Below are positions 1 to 13,756 of a stretch of 48,483 bases of DNA, piece by piece. The position numbers and the translations under genes are program-made. How positions within the stretch are numbered: the stretch's first letter is position 1; each line of letters begins with the position of its first letter. The stretch lies in assembly GCA_011109175.1 (NCBI GenBank), contig RDEW01000125.1, forward strand, positions 6,981-55,463, read 5' to 3'. The DNA comes from Dicyema japonicum (Eukaryota > Animalia > Dicyemida). Below the pieces are notes generated by a model. The model did not search any database. It was not told the origin of the DNA and worked only from the letters and a program-made list of their open reading frames with translations.

Positions 1-780
1 CATTTACAAAAATCTACGTATCAAATGCATGAACACCCACAACAAAGTGAAAGCAACTGAGTTCAATATCTAAAGAAACAAAATTATGCGAAAAATCAAA
101 AAAATGTCAGATAAACCACGATACAGAGATACAAAACCTTGTAAATGAAGTAGGAAAATACAAACACGAAGCGTAAATGTATGCATCTGTAAAGATGCTA
201 GCGCGAATGAAGAAATCTGAAATTTTAACAGTTCATGATGAACTCGGAAGAACCATTTACAACAACCAGGAACGCACAGACACCGTAGCTGATCACTTCG
301 AAAAATATTTCAATTTTGAAAGCGAAGAAACGCTTTATCAGTTTGATGGAGTAATATTTAATCAAATTTTTTTATTACTAAATATTTTAAATTATTAACT
401 TAAATTTAATCAACTTTTTTATTTAAATTACTTATAAAAAAATGAGTAACACTCTTGAACAAAATTGGAACAGTAGAAAAATCATCATAGAAAAACGACG
501 ATATTATGCAAAGAAAATAATTGGAAATGCAGCAAAAAATTATGGTCAAATCAAAAGTCATAGATATTCAGGATATTTATGTGCTATACCAGAAAAGTAA
601 AAACAGATAAGGTATAATCTTTTACAGGAACTGACTAGGAAAAAAACTGTCTGACTCACAACGATTTCAAGAGACGCGGTTGTTCCAAGACAATAAATAG
701 GGAAATAATAAATCCAAACATGAAATTGGAATGAAATTCCTCATAAATATAGCCATGGATGGATATGTATGCATCAATGA
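1..780 (+). mobile_element. Decayed RTE-like LINE remnant; endonuclease-RT linker (1-345) joined via an AT island to C-terminal remnants (445-780), RT core missing
   Basis: ORF 177-398 'KMLARMKKSEILTVHDELGRTIYNNQERTDTVADHFEKYF' resembles the LINE endonuclease-RT linker; downstream frameshifted pieces resemble an RTE C-terminus. Confidence 0.5.
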
Positions 781-3700
781 ATGCCGTATTGTAAGTTTAA
801 ATAAAGAGCTTTTAATTTATTTTTTAAAGACAGTTTACTTGAGTGCTACTGTTGAATTCGTGATTTTTTACACATTCTTTAGTCATACACAATAGACCAA
901 TCCAACAAGTTGTTATTCATCTTAAAGAGGATGCGCTAGTTACTCGCGGAACTCGATCAATGATAAAGACCAGTAAGTAAATTTTCGTACTCATTAGAGA
1001 CAAACATGCACGTACAAAAATTTTAAATATTTAATTTATTAGTAATATTATTAATAAAGTGATCATTGAATATTTATTAACTTTACTGCTTATTAACATA
1101 ATTCTAAATTATAAAAATAACAACTTTGTAATTTGTTCGAAAAATTTCAGCATAATAATGGATCTCCTTGGATAGTAAACAGATAATCTCAATTTTCATA
1201 ATTTTGTTATGAGCAATGAAAAAAATCGTTCATCTGTGTTGCATCCAATAAATTTGTAGTTGACTTCATTGACCTCAAGAGGCCAATGCACAAAATTTAC
1301 AAGTTAACTAACCACGTGGGTAGATTAAGTGATTGTTGTTAACCAACATTCTCACACCCTGACCATACAGTTAATATCTAAGTAAACACAATCATTACCA
1401 AATTTCTCGACATCTCTGGGATGACTACATAATTATCACAGACCACGTTTATCTCACAGCTGACGAATCGCCACAATTCAATAATACAGTCCACAGGTTT
1501 ACTAAATTGAGAGATCACAGTAATATATTTGTTGTTGAAGCAAAATTGTGACGTCATATTCGTCTGAGGTTTTCGTAACGAATGATCTCTGATTGGAAGC
1601 AGTCTAAGTAATTCTAATTATGCTACCTATTAGATATATGTTAGCCTATGAATTTGTCTATCATTGAGCCATTTATTCGGTAACAAGTTCCACCACCTCA
1701 CTCATTTTGAAAATTTGAAAAAATAATAATATTAGCAATTAAACAATAAGTAAAACTACAATTATAATATAATATTATCATTGAAAGACCTTACACTTAA
1801 TATTTATCCATGACCAACTCTGTGATGAAGATACCATCATGAAAACTCTTCCTCTAATAACGAGCGATTTTAAGCTGAAAATGTAAGAAAGCGGGCCACC
1901 TCTCCATTTCTCTTTGGAAGCAAATACCTGTAATGGAAAATTGGATGATCGGTTGGTTTACACAAGCAGACGTTCTCCCTTGGGTTCCCTCTGGATTTTT
2001 CGACTATTTTTAAACTTACCAATAGCGTAATATGGTTAGTGCTAATATTAATTTTATATTAACAATATTAATATTCAATTTTCCATTTATGCGTAGTGTT
2101 GGAGTACTATCTCCCAAATATAAAATTTTCATTTATATCATCACAGACAGATAAAAGTCTGAAACAGCATCATAAAATGTTTTGCATGTCTGTTTTGACT
2201 ACTTAGGAGTCTTCCCAAAGTCAATATAGTTTGGGAATATAATTCGATGTTACTAGTTCGGACGTTCATTCAGAATACAGCTACTCTAACTTTATTGGGA
2301 TACTACTGTCTATTATCACAAAACGCTAATTCCCAAGTTAAAATCGACATCACTATAACCGACAAGCATTGAATCATATAACTATTACTCTCCACGTGCA
2401 GGTTCTGAGAGAAGAACCACCATGTTCTATTAATTTTGAGCTGGACAAGATTCGACACCGAATCAAACATGCATCCAGCTGTTCCTCGATAACTTCTATG
2501 AGTTTCCAATGTCTCCAAAGATTTATATCTCTCCCTGGCTCACTATAGGCTGAGAGGTCAAAACGGGCAAAGTACCCGACAAGGGCTTTCATCAGTCACG
2601 AAGCTTAGTAGACATTTCATACATAGAGGTACATCAGCATCTCAACATTAGACCCATCAACCACATGGCTTACTGATATGAACCCCCAAATCACCAAGAA
2701 ATCGTCATTTTATTAAGTGACGAAATCGTTGCACAAAACTTTATTAAAACAGCGAGAGATATGTTATTGTAGCCTTAAACTAGCATATGTAGTGTACAAT
2801 GAGTTGATTTCTTCCTTGTACTGAAAATCTGTTATTTCTTGAAAATAATCCAAATTATTAATTTTCCTCAAAGTTTTATTATCCTGGAAATTAAAACCTA
2901 AAAATATCAGCATTTTCAGGGATAGTTCAATTTCGTTCTGCAATTGAAGTTATAAAGCAACTTTGCATTTATAAAAGTCCATCAGGAAGCTTAGTTTCCG
3001 TTCCTAATACAAGTACCCACGTACCTTTGACTTTGAAATTTCTTCGAGTCGGTTTAGATTGGCCACGTGTGAATTATAAATTTGAATCCAATATTCGGTG
3101 AATTGTGGATGTCGGTTACAGTCGAGGAATTTATAATCAACTCCTGAAATTTTAGAAACGTTAACGTCCTCGTCGAAGTTCAGAAAACTCGTTTTGATGT
3201 GATCTGTGAGATTCGAGCAGTCAATTTGGTAATCAGAGTCAACCGTTAGCTAAATTAGTCCAACTTCAACATTTTGAAGATCCTCAGTGGCCTTCGTGAA
3301 AATGTCGGACGTCGAGGTCGATTTCGAGAGCCTTTCGACAATCTCATTAATTTCCGAGACAACAAGATCGTCAGAATGGAAAAATCTCTGAACTTTATAT
3401 ATGCCAAACATCTAGTAGCTCCTCAAGTTCTTCGTTGAAGAGGTAAACCATGCAACTCAGTTCTTTATATTTGAGGGCAAACATATTGCGGTTTTTCGAA
3501 TTTTGAGGAATCTGCTTAAATTAAACTAAAACCGTTAAATTGGCGGATTTCTTGCGTTCTGGACAAACCGATGACTTTCTTAGCGACAAAGCCTTTTTGT
3601 GCGTTTTTTGAAACATGGACTGCTTTCCGCAAATATAAAATAATCTGGGTTATTTCGCTTAAAACCGAATTTTGGGATTCTTTGTGTAAATTTTGTATTT

Positions 3701-4599
3701 CTTCAATTCGCATTACTTTCTCGTCAAGAAAATTTATCAGGCTAGTCTTATCCCGTAATTCCTCCATGATGGAATTTTTGAACAAGTTTATTGCCGACGT
3801 TAAACGTCTAATTTGAATATTTATGGTGGCTCACTGGTTTTCTAGTGGTTGGATCTTTTCTTGAAATTCAATCGTGGCGGCATTGGCTTGCTAGTTAATT
3901 TTAACATTAATTCACCTGAATATAGGAATTTGAGATTTTTATTATTTTCTGCAAATAATTTCTGTGGGATTATTTATATTTGATACAATAAAATTTGTTG
4001 GGAGAATAGGGAACCCTTTTTCTTTTCTTTCAAAATTTGAATTAATTTATTCAAATCTGAAGCAGAATCCAACATTATGGTAATAAGCTGATTAAAAATT
4101 TATTTTAAATTTAAAATTAATTTTTAAAAATTAAAATAAATAATTTAATATTTTCGTACCGAAGTAGTGTGCCAATAATAATCTGACTTCCTTTCTATTT
4201 GTTCGAATTATTCTAAGTGACCTGGAAGCCCAAATTTGCGAGAACCCCATGGTTCTGAAATGCCTGGATAATACAATCTTTGTTTCTAACTATCAATATG
4301 TTCAAATGTCTTCGAATATCTCAAAAGCTGTTCGATTACCTATTGGTCTCTAATTATTTTAATATAATGACGATGCTTAGACAAGGTACAACAATTAGTT
4401 CAACTTTATTGCAAGATTATTCGATGTGTTTAATAGATCAGCTTTACCGAATATCACTATTATTAGAACATAGAAATGTAGGGTTTCCTGACAATCTCGT
4501 AATTTCCCGAATAATAACGTCACTTTCCCTACCAATAACGTCATTTTCCGATTAATAGCGTCACTAAATTTTTTAAGGATATAAAACAATTTTTTTAAT

Positions 4600-4770
4600 T
4601 TCTCATCTTCAACACATACTCTTGAAACTTATATTTTTCCACGTGCTGAATAAATTCTCAATTGGATTTAGAAATGGCTAATAAGTGGTACTGGAACATG
4701 AAGATTGTCCATCAAATGATTAATACGGATATTGCCAAAGATGTCGGGTATTCATCTTCATAACAAAGAT
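4600..4770 (-). mobile_element. Tc1/IS630-type DDE transposase fragment (pseudo)
   Basis: Minus-strand translation gives 'IFVM..' and 'PFLNPIENLFSTWKNI', matching the YSPxLNPIE motif. Confidence 0.6.
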
Positions 4771-5599
4771 TTTTTAAGGATTCAAGAAAAATTGACTTTT
4801 ATTAGTCATTGAAGCAATTTCTGGTTCTGATGGTCCCTACAGGACTATAGGTAGAAGATCCTGAAATAGCTCTTTTCGCCTTGGTCTTTAGGTTACTGAA
4901 AATTTGACCTCATTATGAGTTTAAAGATGTTCTATTATCCAAAAAATTTATTTATCCTTAAGTTCACCATTTCTTCCATTCATATTTGAGTAAAGGGAAC
5001 GAGAGGTTATCTCCATCATGAGGATATTAATTAATTCTGTATGATAAAGATGCGTCACCACATCAACCTCAATTGGATGATCCCTTGGCTTGTAGTGATG
5101 TCACAGTTTAATGACATGAGCTATCAGAAATATCACGAATCCACAAGAATACAAGAACTGTTAGGGTTCAATTAAATTCTGCATCCATATTACGGAATTA
5201 GGCATTGGATGACAGCAAGGTTAGTAATTGCCTGGGACCGAATGCAATCAAGCATTAAGAGAGTGTGTTGGGCGCTCCCATAACTACATTAATCTTACTG
5301 GTAGTCGGATGTGATTGATAATATCACTAATCTTGTAAATGATGGGAATATTTCGGCAACGAATGGCCTTATTTATTACAAATCATTGATAGTTTTCGTA
5401 ATGGAGGACTTTTAAGATGGAAGAGAAATTTTTTGATGTCATGAATGTAGAAATATGTCACATGGGTGGCTTGATTCCTGTGTGCAACCTGTTTGTTTAC
5501 GTGTTTCCATGGTAACAAGATGTCAATTGCTAGATTTAACAAATTCTTTAAGTCTTGACATTAAGACCGATCTTCTTCAAAAAAATTCAACCTATACAT

Positions 5600-5750
5600 A
5601 CATTGAGAGACCTGACTTATGATTGGTAGGCCTTCTGCGAATTTGGACCCCCGCAATTCAGATCTTCTCAGTCTCTGATCCAGAGCGAAGCCAGACCTTA
5701 TGGTTCGGAGTCTCCTCCCCCCGCTTGTGGATTCCTTCTTGATGTGTTCA
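5600..5750 (-). mobile_element. LINE ORF1 (gag-like) fragment, paralog of 43230-43370
   Basis: Shares cgcaattcagatc..tccagagcgaagccagacctt..atggttc..ttgatgtgtt with the 43250-43366 region. Confidence 0.6.
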
Positions 5751-5989
5751 ACTCATTATCATGTACGAAGTCCAAATTTGTACCCCTGTATCTTTACTAT
5801 GTGTACTTATTTGAGTATTCAGTATTGATTTTAAGAATAAAAGAATTTTTATTAAAAATGATTTGGTTTAAAAAACAAATACTGTATTTTACGAAAAATT
5901 ATTTTATCTATAGATCCTCCAAGGCAGGACACACTATTTAAATAAATAATAGTGATCATACTAATGATGATCAAATGAATGCTCTTCAC

Positions 5990-6170
5990 TATTTTTTCTT
6001 TGTTTTGTGTGATTCCTTTAGTGAATGTTCACTGATTACGACGTCACTCATCAAGTCAAAGGATCGCAGATGGTGGAACCTTTTGTCAGAATGTACAAAA
6101 GCGAGATTAGAACTAGAGGTCATCAAGCATTTTGCTCAGTTCTCATTACACTGCGCCACCTGTTTTTAAC
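5990..6170 (-). mobile_element. Diverged tRNA-derived SINE copy
   Basis: Minus strand has A-box-like GTGGCGCAGTG and B-box-like GTTCTAATC, followed by the core shared with the SINE at 32774-33091. Confidence 0.5.
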
Positions 6171-6249
6171 CTTACCCTCTATATGAACTGTAACAATCGA
6201 TATTGCGGTGTAATGAAATTGAATTGATCATATTTTTTAGTAACGAACA

Positions 6250-6590
6250 ATGGAGGGGTTCTCACAACTGCAAGGAATAAACGTCTTCTACTTTTTATGC
6301 AGTGATAGATCGACTTATGTGATATTAGTTAGTCTTCTAAAGTTCTCTACATATTGTTTGGTTGACCGCTCATAGTATAATCATCCAACCAACATACATT
6401 GGCATTACAAAATCTGATGCTGAACAGAGCTGAACCCACGGACCCATAAGGATAAACTATTTACTGTAATGTCAGATTTGAGATCGAGCAGAATCACATC
6501 ACGGCATATAGAGTCGAAAACGTATATCATGCGCGCCTGTGAACGTCGTAGTTTTTCAGTGTATCTAGACGTCCCAGTTTCTTGAGTTGA
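6250..6590 (-). mobile_element. CRE-like reverse transcriptase fragment (pseudo)
   Basis: 'GSVGSALFSI' and 'NVCWLDDYTMSG' align with the CRE RT motifs GDPLGPALF and WYLDDxTLGG. Confidence 0.5.
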
Positions 6591-6889
6591 GTAAACAAAT
6601 AGACAATAAATAAATAAGAATTTATGAGCACAGACTGACTATTTTTTAATTTTAGAGGCGAAAATAAAAAAATATATTTTTATTCACGTAATTCCTATGT
6701 ATCAATGAACTGATCAGAAGCCTGGATCGTTCTCTAGTGGTTTAAAGATTTCTTCTTTTTCTCGGTTGTCTAAACCAACAAGTTAAGAATTTCAGGACTT
6801 AAAAAACTCCGAAGAACAGAGACAAAAAATAGAAATCAAACATAATTGGCCAAATTACTTTAACTTACTTTACTTTAACAACTTTATTA

Positions 6890-7470
6890 GCAAGGAAAAA
6901 TTAAAGAGGGAGTTACTTGGCCTCATGCGCAAGTCCTGCAAACGCTTGGACTCTTCTCTAGGCTCTCAGACCCCTCTTATCGTTTATTCTGTGCTGCAAC
7001 ATACAAGTCAATGATGGCATCTTTTTTCAGGTAGTTTTTCAGTTTTTTCCTGCTGCATCTCTTATCGACATTACTAGCAAATTTTCATCTTCATCTAGCT
7101 TCTCGTCGAGCCTTTTGTGTAGGCAATCTTGATCCCTGCTCCCTCGATTTTTCAAGAAAAGATAAAACGCTCTTGATGCAGTGTAATGTCATCCTTTCCA
7201 GTCCATAAAGGAGTGATGGGATGATCGTAAGTGAAAAAATAAATAAAAACATATCCGTTTCGAGTCTCAATTTTTTCATACAAAATAACGTATGGTGGCT
7301 TTCTTCTTTTTGAGTTTAGAATCGCACAATTTGCTCCCAGATTTCTCAAAAGCTGTTCCGAGATACTTCAAGGAGCTCACAATGTTGATTCCGCATATGG
7401 AGTCTTTCTGATTTCCTTTACCATTCCGACCGAAAACATCGTCACCACGAAATTGAGTCTGACCCCCATT
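6890..7470 (-). mobile_element. Possible 3' end of a NeSL/HERO-like RLE retrotransposon (decayed)
   Basis: 'HPITPLWTG..ITLHQERF' loosely resembles the C-terminal motif of these elements; (TAAAG)-like repeats at 6856-6878. Confidence 0.3.
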
Positions 7471-7479
7471 AAATTATTA

Positions 7480-7695
7480 ACACTGGAATTTTATCGGTTC
7501 AACCGCACCCAGGATGTACAATCGAACATTGTGCCATGGATTGCAAATCCAAGTCCATAGTGACGACATGTTGTCGGGAATGTAATAAAGAGTACTTACG
7601 ATTTGCAATGTTTCATTGTCAGCTATTTTTGTAGCCGTTGTTGCATGCATCGTTCCATGTCCCATAAATGATGGCTTTTATCATAATCTCAAATT
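7480..7695 (-). pseudogene. Possible scavenger-receptor cysteine-rich (SRCR) domain fragment
   Basis: 'IYGTWNDACNNGY...TCRHYGLGFAI' resembles 'GxWGTVCDDGW...VCRQLGFGxA'; frameshifted, with a gtaagt donor. Confidence 0.35.
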
Positions 7696-7768
7696 TGGGT
7701 CCCCAAGAATTTAAATGTAACACTAATGACTATTACTTTTTCGATGTATAAGTTTAAATTAAAATTTA

Positions 7769-7824
7769 GACATTAGTTACAAATAGAAACGATGACATTA
7801 GTTACAAGTGACATTAGTTACAAG
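7769..7824. repeat. Three copies of gacattagttacaa
   Basis: Direct repeats visible in the sequence. Confidence 0.85.
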
Positions 7825-8229
7825 CTATACTCCAGGCCCTTAAGGACAATAGAAATTGTCACGAACAATGGGAATCATATAATAACGACTGTGCTGGGTT
7901 CTATTCTCTTAAAAGTTACTTGTTTATAGTTTCTCTATATATTCTGTTCCCTATCTTTCCGCTTATAGTGGCATTATGTGTTCTATCCATATCAGGTCAC
8001 TCCAGTGCAAAATGGCACAAAACCATTTGCTTTTCCTAAATTCAGTTAATATAAGTAGGTAACTTGCTCAACTCTTGTCATCGATATGATTCGGATTTCG
8101 AAAATTTCTGAAATATCTGCTGAAATATAAATCCTTGTTTTAATATTTAAATTAATCCAGAAATCTTAAATCGGCAATCTGTTATCATTTTTTGAGCAAG
8201 AAGAAAGACGCATGCGGATCCAAAAATGA

Positions 8230-9297
8230 TACTCTCTTTGTAAAAGCTTCAACTTCATTATTCTTACTGGTAAGGCATTTTTCCAGCTCGCCGTTTCCGA
8301 GAGGGCAGCCAAGGAAGTGTACCTTGTCCAAGGAGGATATGTTAAACCTAGAAGTAAAGATCTGAATTCTTGGCAGTAAAAAGAGTAAATGCCGGGAGGT
8401 CTTCTGGCATTGTCAAGTACCCTGGTTCGGTGGTCTTAATAACTCCAAGACTTCACGGCACGGCTTCAACAGCGTTTCGTCACAAGACACCACTCTTACA
8501 ACTGCGCGAACGTCCCCTTCCATTAGTTTTCGGTTCACCCTCTCTCGAAATGCTTTAGAATCTTCCTGTTTACTTCCAGCTTCTGTAGACAACTGTTTGC
8601 ACCGAAATACTTGCTCAGACTCAATTCCAGAGTCTTGCTGCGTTGAAGTGGCAAAAAGGCAGAAGTATTCTTGATTTTTGAGGCCAGTGATCCGTTGCGA
8701 GCTTGCTCTGAGGCAGAAATTCCAAGGGTCATAGGTGCAAAGCTCAGTTGACGTATCCAAGAGGCCTGGTCGCTGGTGCTGATGGTTTTACCAATTAATG
8801 ACGTGAGGCATTCAGCAGCGGGAATTCGAGCGGCCTTTGGTATTCTCAGTGGAATCCGTCTACCTTTCCGACTCTCCGATAGGCGTAACAAAAAGGGTTC
8901 GATTTGTCCAGAAGAGTAAGAGGGATGACTGAATTCAGTCGGATGGCTGCACCGAGCGAGGTCGGATCCATACAGTATGCGCAGTCCCATTTGTAAAGAG
9001 ATCTCACAGCCAATTTCGATATTCGGACACACCCGAGGTGGAAATATCTATTGCAAATGTACAACTCAAACCGTACTTCCTCGCGTTGCAATATACGCAA
9101 GACTCGCACAGCTCTTTTGACCTCGCAGGTAAAAGGAGTAATTCTTTGAGTGTAGCTTGATCCATAGCAGGGCAGTGAGCAGAGTCAGACCTAGCCTGAT
9201 TATTTTTCTGCATTTTCTTTTCTGATTTTCCTTTCTTTTTGTTTTCTTTTTTTCTTTTTTCTTGGGCACCACAACGACCACAACGTGCGAGAACAAC
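8230..9297 (-). mobile_element. CRE-like non-LTR retrotransposon 5' half (PHD finger plus pre-RT region), frameshifted
   Basis: 'CESCVYCNARKYGLSC..YFHLGCV..WDCAYC', 'IPLRIPKAARIPAAECL..W..LSFAPMTLGI' and 'VNRKLMEGDVRAVVRVV'; clear paralog of 39140-39790. Confidence 0.8.
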
Positions 9298-9469
9298 GAT
9301 TTTATTTTGTTTGAAAAAAATTGGGTTTAAATACTTACCAAAATATTTGACGTCCGGATTTTTGTAGAAGGCAAAAGTAAAGCTTATAATTTAAAATTCA
9401 ATTTTTTATTAAAAAAATTAATCATTATTTAGAAAAAAATTGAGAAATTGACTGTTCCGTTTTTTATCT

Positions 9470-9900
9470 GTATCGATCACCCAGTTCACGCTCTGCTAAG
9501 TAACAATAACCGCAGATATATACGCAGGACCCTCTTTGACCTACAAAGAGCCTTGTCGAAGATCACCCCCCCTCAAGAAGACTCAACTTGGACCCGCCGA
9601 ATCCATGATTTCATCTCAACACGGGCTATTAGGACACTTCAATATAACAAAGTCTTGGAGCGCTTCCCCCCTGATATCAGTCCAACGGAACAATCGCTCC
9701 CGAGGAAGATCAGAATCGGACTGGCTCGCCTACGATGTGGACACCACCCTTTTCTGGCTGACAGAGTAGTTCGGGACCTTTTCTCTGCCCTGGACCACCG
9801 GATGCAAAAGTCGAGGATCTCTGGGAGCGGCCTGTCCGGACTGCACGCTCTCTGATGGTCACCGGCTTCCCACTTGCTGGCGAAGCCGGGGTTAATAATT
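9470..9900 (+). mobile_element. Ingi/I-group LINE 3' end
   Basis: 'NKVLERFPPDISPTEQSLPRKIRIGLARLRCGHHPFL...DLWERP' C-terminal signature; ends ccggggttaataa. Confidence 0.75.
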
Positions 9901-10339
9901 TGTATTTAATTTATCTGTATCGCTGTATGTAATAAATTCCCATATAGAAATACTCAATATTGAATGACACATTGATATATCTTGAATATATTGATTAGTC
10001 AGAATAGTGTAGAAGACAAGCAAACATTGAATTAACAAAATATTTATCGAAAACACTTTGATAACAGCCTTCGTTGCTATTAACTGACCTTAATAATATA
10101 GATAGATAAATGTATATTCAATTGTATCTTTGATTAAATTAACTAGAAATATTAAAACAATAATACATAATAAAAAAATATAAATAGGTCAACAGCAACA
10201 AGACATAAGAACAGCGAGTTGACGGGCTATATTTGAAACTAGGTTTACCATGTAATAAATATATTTTTAAGTTAATAATTTTGAAAAAAAAACAAATTTG
10301 ATTTTAACGCGAAAACTAACAGTTAACTGCTGGCTGCTC

Positions 10340-11190
10340 TCATAATTGAAAATTTAACTTGGACAGCTTCAAATCGCTAGAAAAAGCAATCAAATACTTT
10401 ACTTGCACAATTCTAGAAGCAAGATCATTGGCTATTCCCAAGCATCGTCTAAATTCCTCTAATGGTCGAGGGAAGTCGGCATTGATCAAAGAAAGAAATC
10501 ACCTCAAAAAATCTAATTGGATCACATTAGAAACGAAAATTCACCTGGACCGACTCAACGCCTGGGAAATGAAGAACCGACTCACGATAAATTCCAGAAA
10601 GTTGGTCACGTCTATGTTTACTTTGGACGAAAGGTTGGGGAAGATGACTGTCAAGTTATGACTGTCAAGTTAAAATTGGACAACGTTAAAATCCCCTTCA
10701 GTAAATGTCAGAAGATCCTGGGCGTGACACTGGATACACACTAATGTTTGTCACCACATGTGAGAAACATTGTTATGAAGTGCGAGAAGAGGATTAATGT
10801 ATTAAAATGTTTATCTGGAATATGGAAGACAGGTACCCACCCATTCTTGATGAACATTTGCAAACAATACATTGAACCATGCTTCTCGTACGCGTGTGCT
10901 TTGTGACGAACACTAAGAAAATCGAGGACGTTCAAAAGAAGGCATTCAGAATGACGGAGCGGTGATTTTTTGGGAGACACAGAACCGGACCGACTACTAT
11001 GGAGGCCCTCATTAAACAAAACTCCGGCATGCGGGAAGGTGGCCCTGCAAATACAGTCAGCCACCCAGTACGAGCTTGTGTGGGTACGAGGGGGGAGCAC
11101 CGGAAAGAATGAGGATTTTGGCAGAACGCATCGAGATCACGTGATAGTTAGTTTTGGTTTACCGTGGTCTTGGGTGTTAAATAAATAAAA
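10340..11190 (+). mobile_element. Ingi/I-group LINE, internally deleted (linker, post-RT region, 3' UTR, A-rich tail)
   Basis: 'HLDRLNAW..KILGVTLDTH..MKCEKRINVLKCLSG'; paralog of 36850-37270 and 45780-46150; 14-bp tandem duplication at 10643-10671. Confidence 0.75.
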
Positions 11191-11620
11191 TTTCCTCTGA
11201 CGATTTGCAAGGAAATGCGCTTAATCAGCCAGCTTCTTTCTCTCCTATCGTTGTTCTTCTTCGCGATGAGCGAGCCGATCCTGTTTAGCAGGGTTCCGGG
11301 TGGGAGTTAAAGATACCCTGATAAATAGGAAGTTGTTTTGAGAGATAATTGCAGGAATTGGCGACAATTTTCCATTCACGATGCACCGATGCTGAATGAG
11401 TCCATAAATTGGCACAGGACGAACTAAATCGAACTTAATTGTATGGGTTATCAACAGAAAGCAGCAATATCTAATCGACAGGGGTAAGAAATACTCCAAT
11501 CAACCATGTCACTTCTAATTCAGTCCCTGGCCCATTCCTATTCAAATGACGTTCAAATCTTCAAATCAACTGCAGTGCGTGTGATTGAACACCAGTATTT
11601 CTCATTCATTTCCATATTAT
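11185..11620 (-). mobile_element. CRE-like element 3' end, decayed
   Basis: 'IGSLIAKKNNDRRERSWLIKRISLQIVRGN' matches the CRE C-terminal motif QRISxAIxRGN. Confidence 0.7.
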
Positions 11621-12107
11621 GACGTCGAGTGATTTTTTTACTGAAGTCTTATGATTATTGATTTGTTTATATCAAAGTACTTTTTTAGATAAAAGATAAG
11701 TCACTTATTTTCGCAGAACTTAAGGATTACTTCGACCAGGCTGTCAAAATAAGGAGTTTCAAGAACTTTGATGGCGTACTTCAAATTTCATTACCTCCAC
11801 TGCATGAAAACGCTTTTGATGAATAATGTCTGTCATTACAATAGTTATAGACTAAGATTTATTCTTATATCAATTTTTCAGATTGATTTGCTTTCTAAAA
11901 AAGTTCCGTGCAATTGCCGTCGAAACAGCTGGAATTATAAGCGGGAAATTTTTTCACTTCCAAGATTACATAACCTCTATTCATTATAACACAACAGTTT
12001 AAACCACGTAGTTTTTCATCGATTTAAATTTTCAATAGAACCGATCAGTGATAATTTTTTTTTGAACAAATTAAATAGGTTTTATTATCAAATGAATAAA
12101 AATTAAA

Positions 12108-12905
12108 TTAAGGCATCTGAATGGCCATACTATTTCCCCTAACAATAGCCAACGAGATACGTTCTCGGAACCAACCAGTCTCTCGCGGATCCTTGGTCAC
12201 AGCTAATTGAACCGTGGAATCAATAATTTCCTAATGTTAGAGAGGTTGATGGAATTCGTGATAAGCACAGTATAAAATTCAGATGTCATTTTCGTGAAGG
12301 CTATTTACTTGAATTTGATTCATTAACATTTTTGACGAGAACGAGTCTTGAGGAAGGCTATTAGGTATACATTGTTAATAAAGGTTTCATTCAAAAATAG
12401 CTGATCAACTTTGTCTCATCTGTGTACCCTAGCAGTAATCAAACTCTTCTGGCTATAACTTTTGATTCCCTTATGACTTTTGAATGAACGAAACCTAAAT
12501 TTCATCAAATCACTTTGGAAACTATAAGAATAATTCAATTCACTGCTAAGTTCTTTATATAACCAACATGTTGAATCAACCATCAGCTACTGTTGCGCTG
12601 CATGAGAGAATAATTTTGCCAAACCTAGATAACCCCAGATATACTTGAAAGAGGTTTATCCAGTTCTCCCGGTCTGAGTGGACGCATCTTTTTCAATCAT
12701 CAAATCCATCAATTCCCACCATTGTCTGAAACCTTTCAGTAAACTTGAAAGAGAGGGATCCTTTTTGGAAGTCAACCAGATGCCGTGTGCCTCCAAGTCA
12801 GGTGGATCGCATGACGTCTGATCGAATACTTTATCTACCAAATGCCGTCGTCAGCGATTCATCGCTCTTACCAGGATGTCTCCGTGACTCAGACGCAAGC
12901 GAAAA
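12108..12905 (-). mobile_element. Heavily deleted CRE-like element
   Basis: 3' end 'KDPRETGWFRERISLAIVRGNSMAI' (12110-12200) is clear; upstream 'HGDI' and 'GIDG' remnants are weaker. Confidence 0.55.
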
Positions 12906-13527
12906 TAGAAGAACAATAAGTTAAGAAGACCTTGGAATTATTATCTCAAATTTTGTCGAGGTCCATTATTGATAGCAGGAGGGCAAATGGAAAAAGGAGT
13001 TCCTAGAGGGGCTTTATTTACCACTTGTCGTGTCTATAAACAGAAGCATCATGCCGTAGTTCATCGAATTTAAATTCTCCGTTGTCAAATTGTAATTCCA
13101 TGAAGGTCCAAAGTAATTTTAAAAATTAGCAGACGATCCATTAAGAATCTAATTGTCCATTGAATCGAGAAATGTGGACATTGAACGTAAAGCTAGGACC
13201 CCACCCTCCGTGGAAGATATCCGAAATCATCGTTTTGAATCTATCTCGCCATTGGATTGAGTTTCAACGATCACCAATTAAAGAGAAAGCAGACGAACTG
13301 TGACATTTTCACAACGTGGCATTTCATGAGTTTTATTAGCATCATGTAGCCCTGAAGACGCGTCTCACACCTCTAATTGTTTATCATCTACAAAATTATC
13401 AGTAAAAGGACCCTAGGATTTGTTTGCAAACAATCAGACATAATCGTAACCACAAAACCCAAAGTTTAAAAAAATTAAATATATTATAAATAAATTAATT
13501 TAAATTGGCGGCATATACAACAACAAC

Positions 13528-13670
13528 CCCTTAAGATTGGGACGATCTAGATATGCTACGGAACATGGCAACGGATCGAAAAAGATGGGGGACGTTAATT
13601 AGATTGTTAACTTTTCGTGTTGCACATGCTTTGTCATGATCTTGGCATCGCGCACGTGCCTATAATAATA
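13528..13670 (+). mobile_element. 5'-truncated RTE-like LINE 3' end with 15-bp TSD
   Basis: 'DLDMLRNMATDRKRWG', (TAA)n tail, flanked by atatacaacaacaac at 13513-13527 and 13671-13685. Confidence 0.8.
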
Positions 13671-13756
13671 ATATACAACAACAACGTTGGTTATGAAAGT
13701 AAACTTGGTGATCTATATGAGAGATGTCTCAGATATGATTTTCTTATTTCCACGTT

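Noticed and set aside
4800-4920. Myosin motor fragment ('GEKSYFRIFY', minus strand)
   Set aside because: Only one short loose motif, with no supporting neighbouring motifs.
7769-7824. CRISPR-like repeat array
   Set aside because: Only three 14-bp repeats with 3-11 bp gaps, eukaryotic context, no cas genes.
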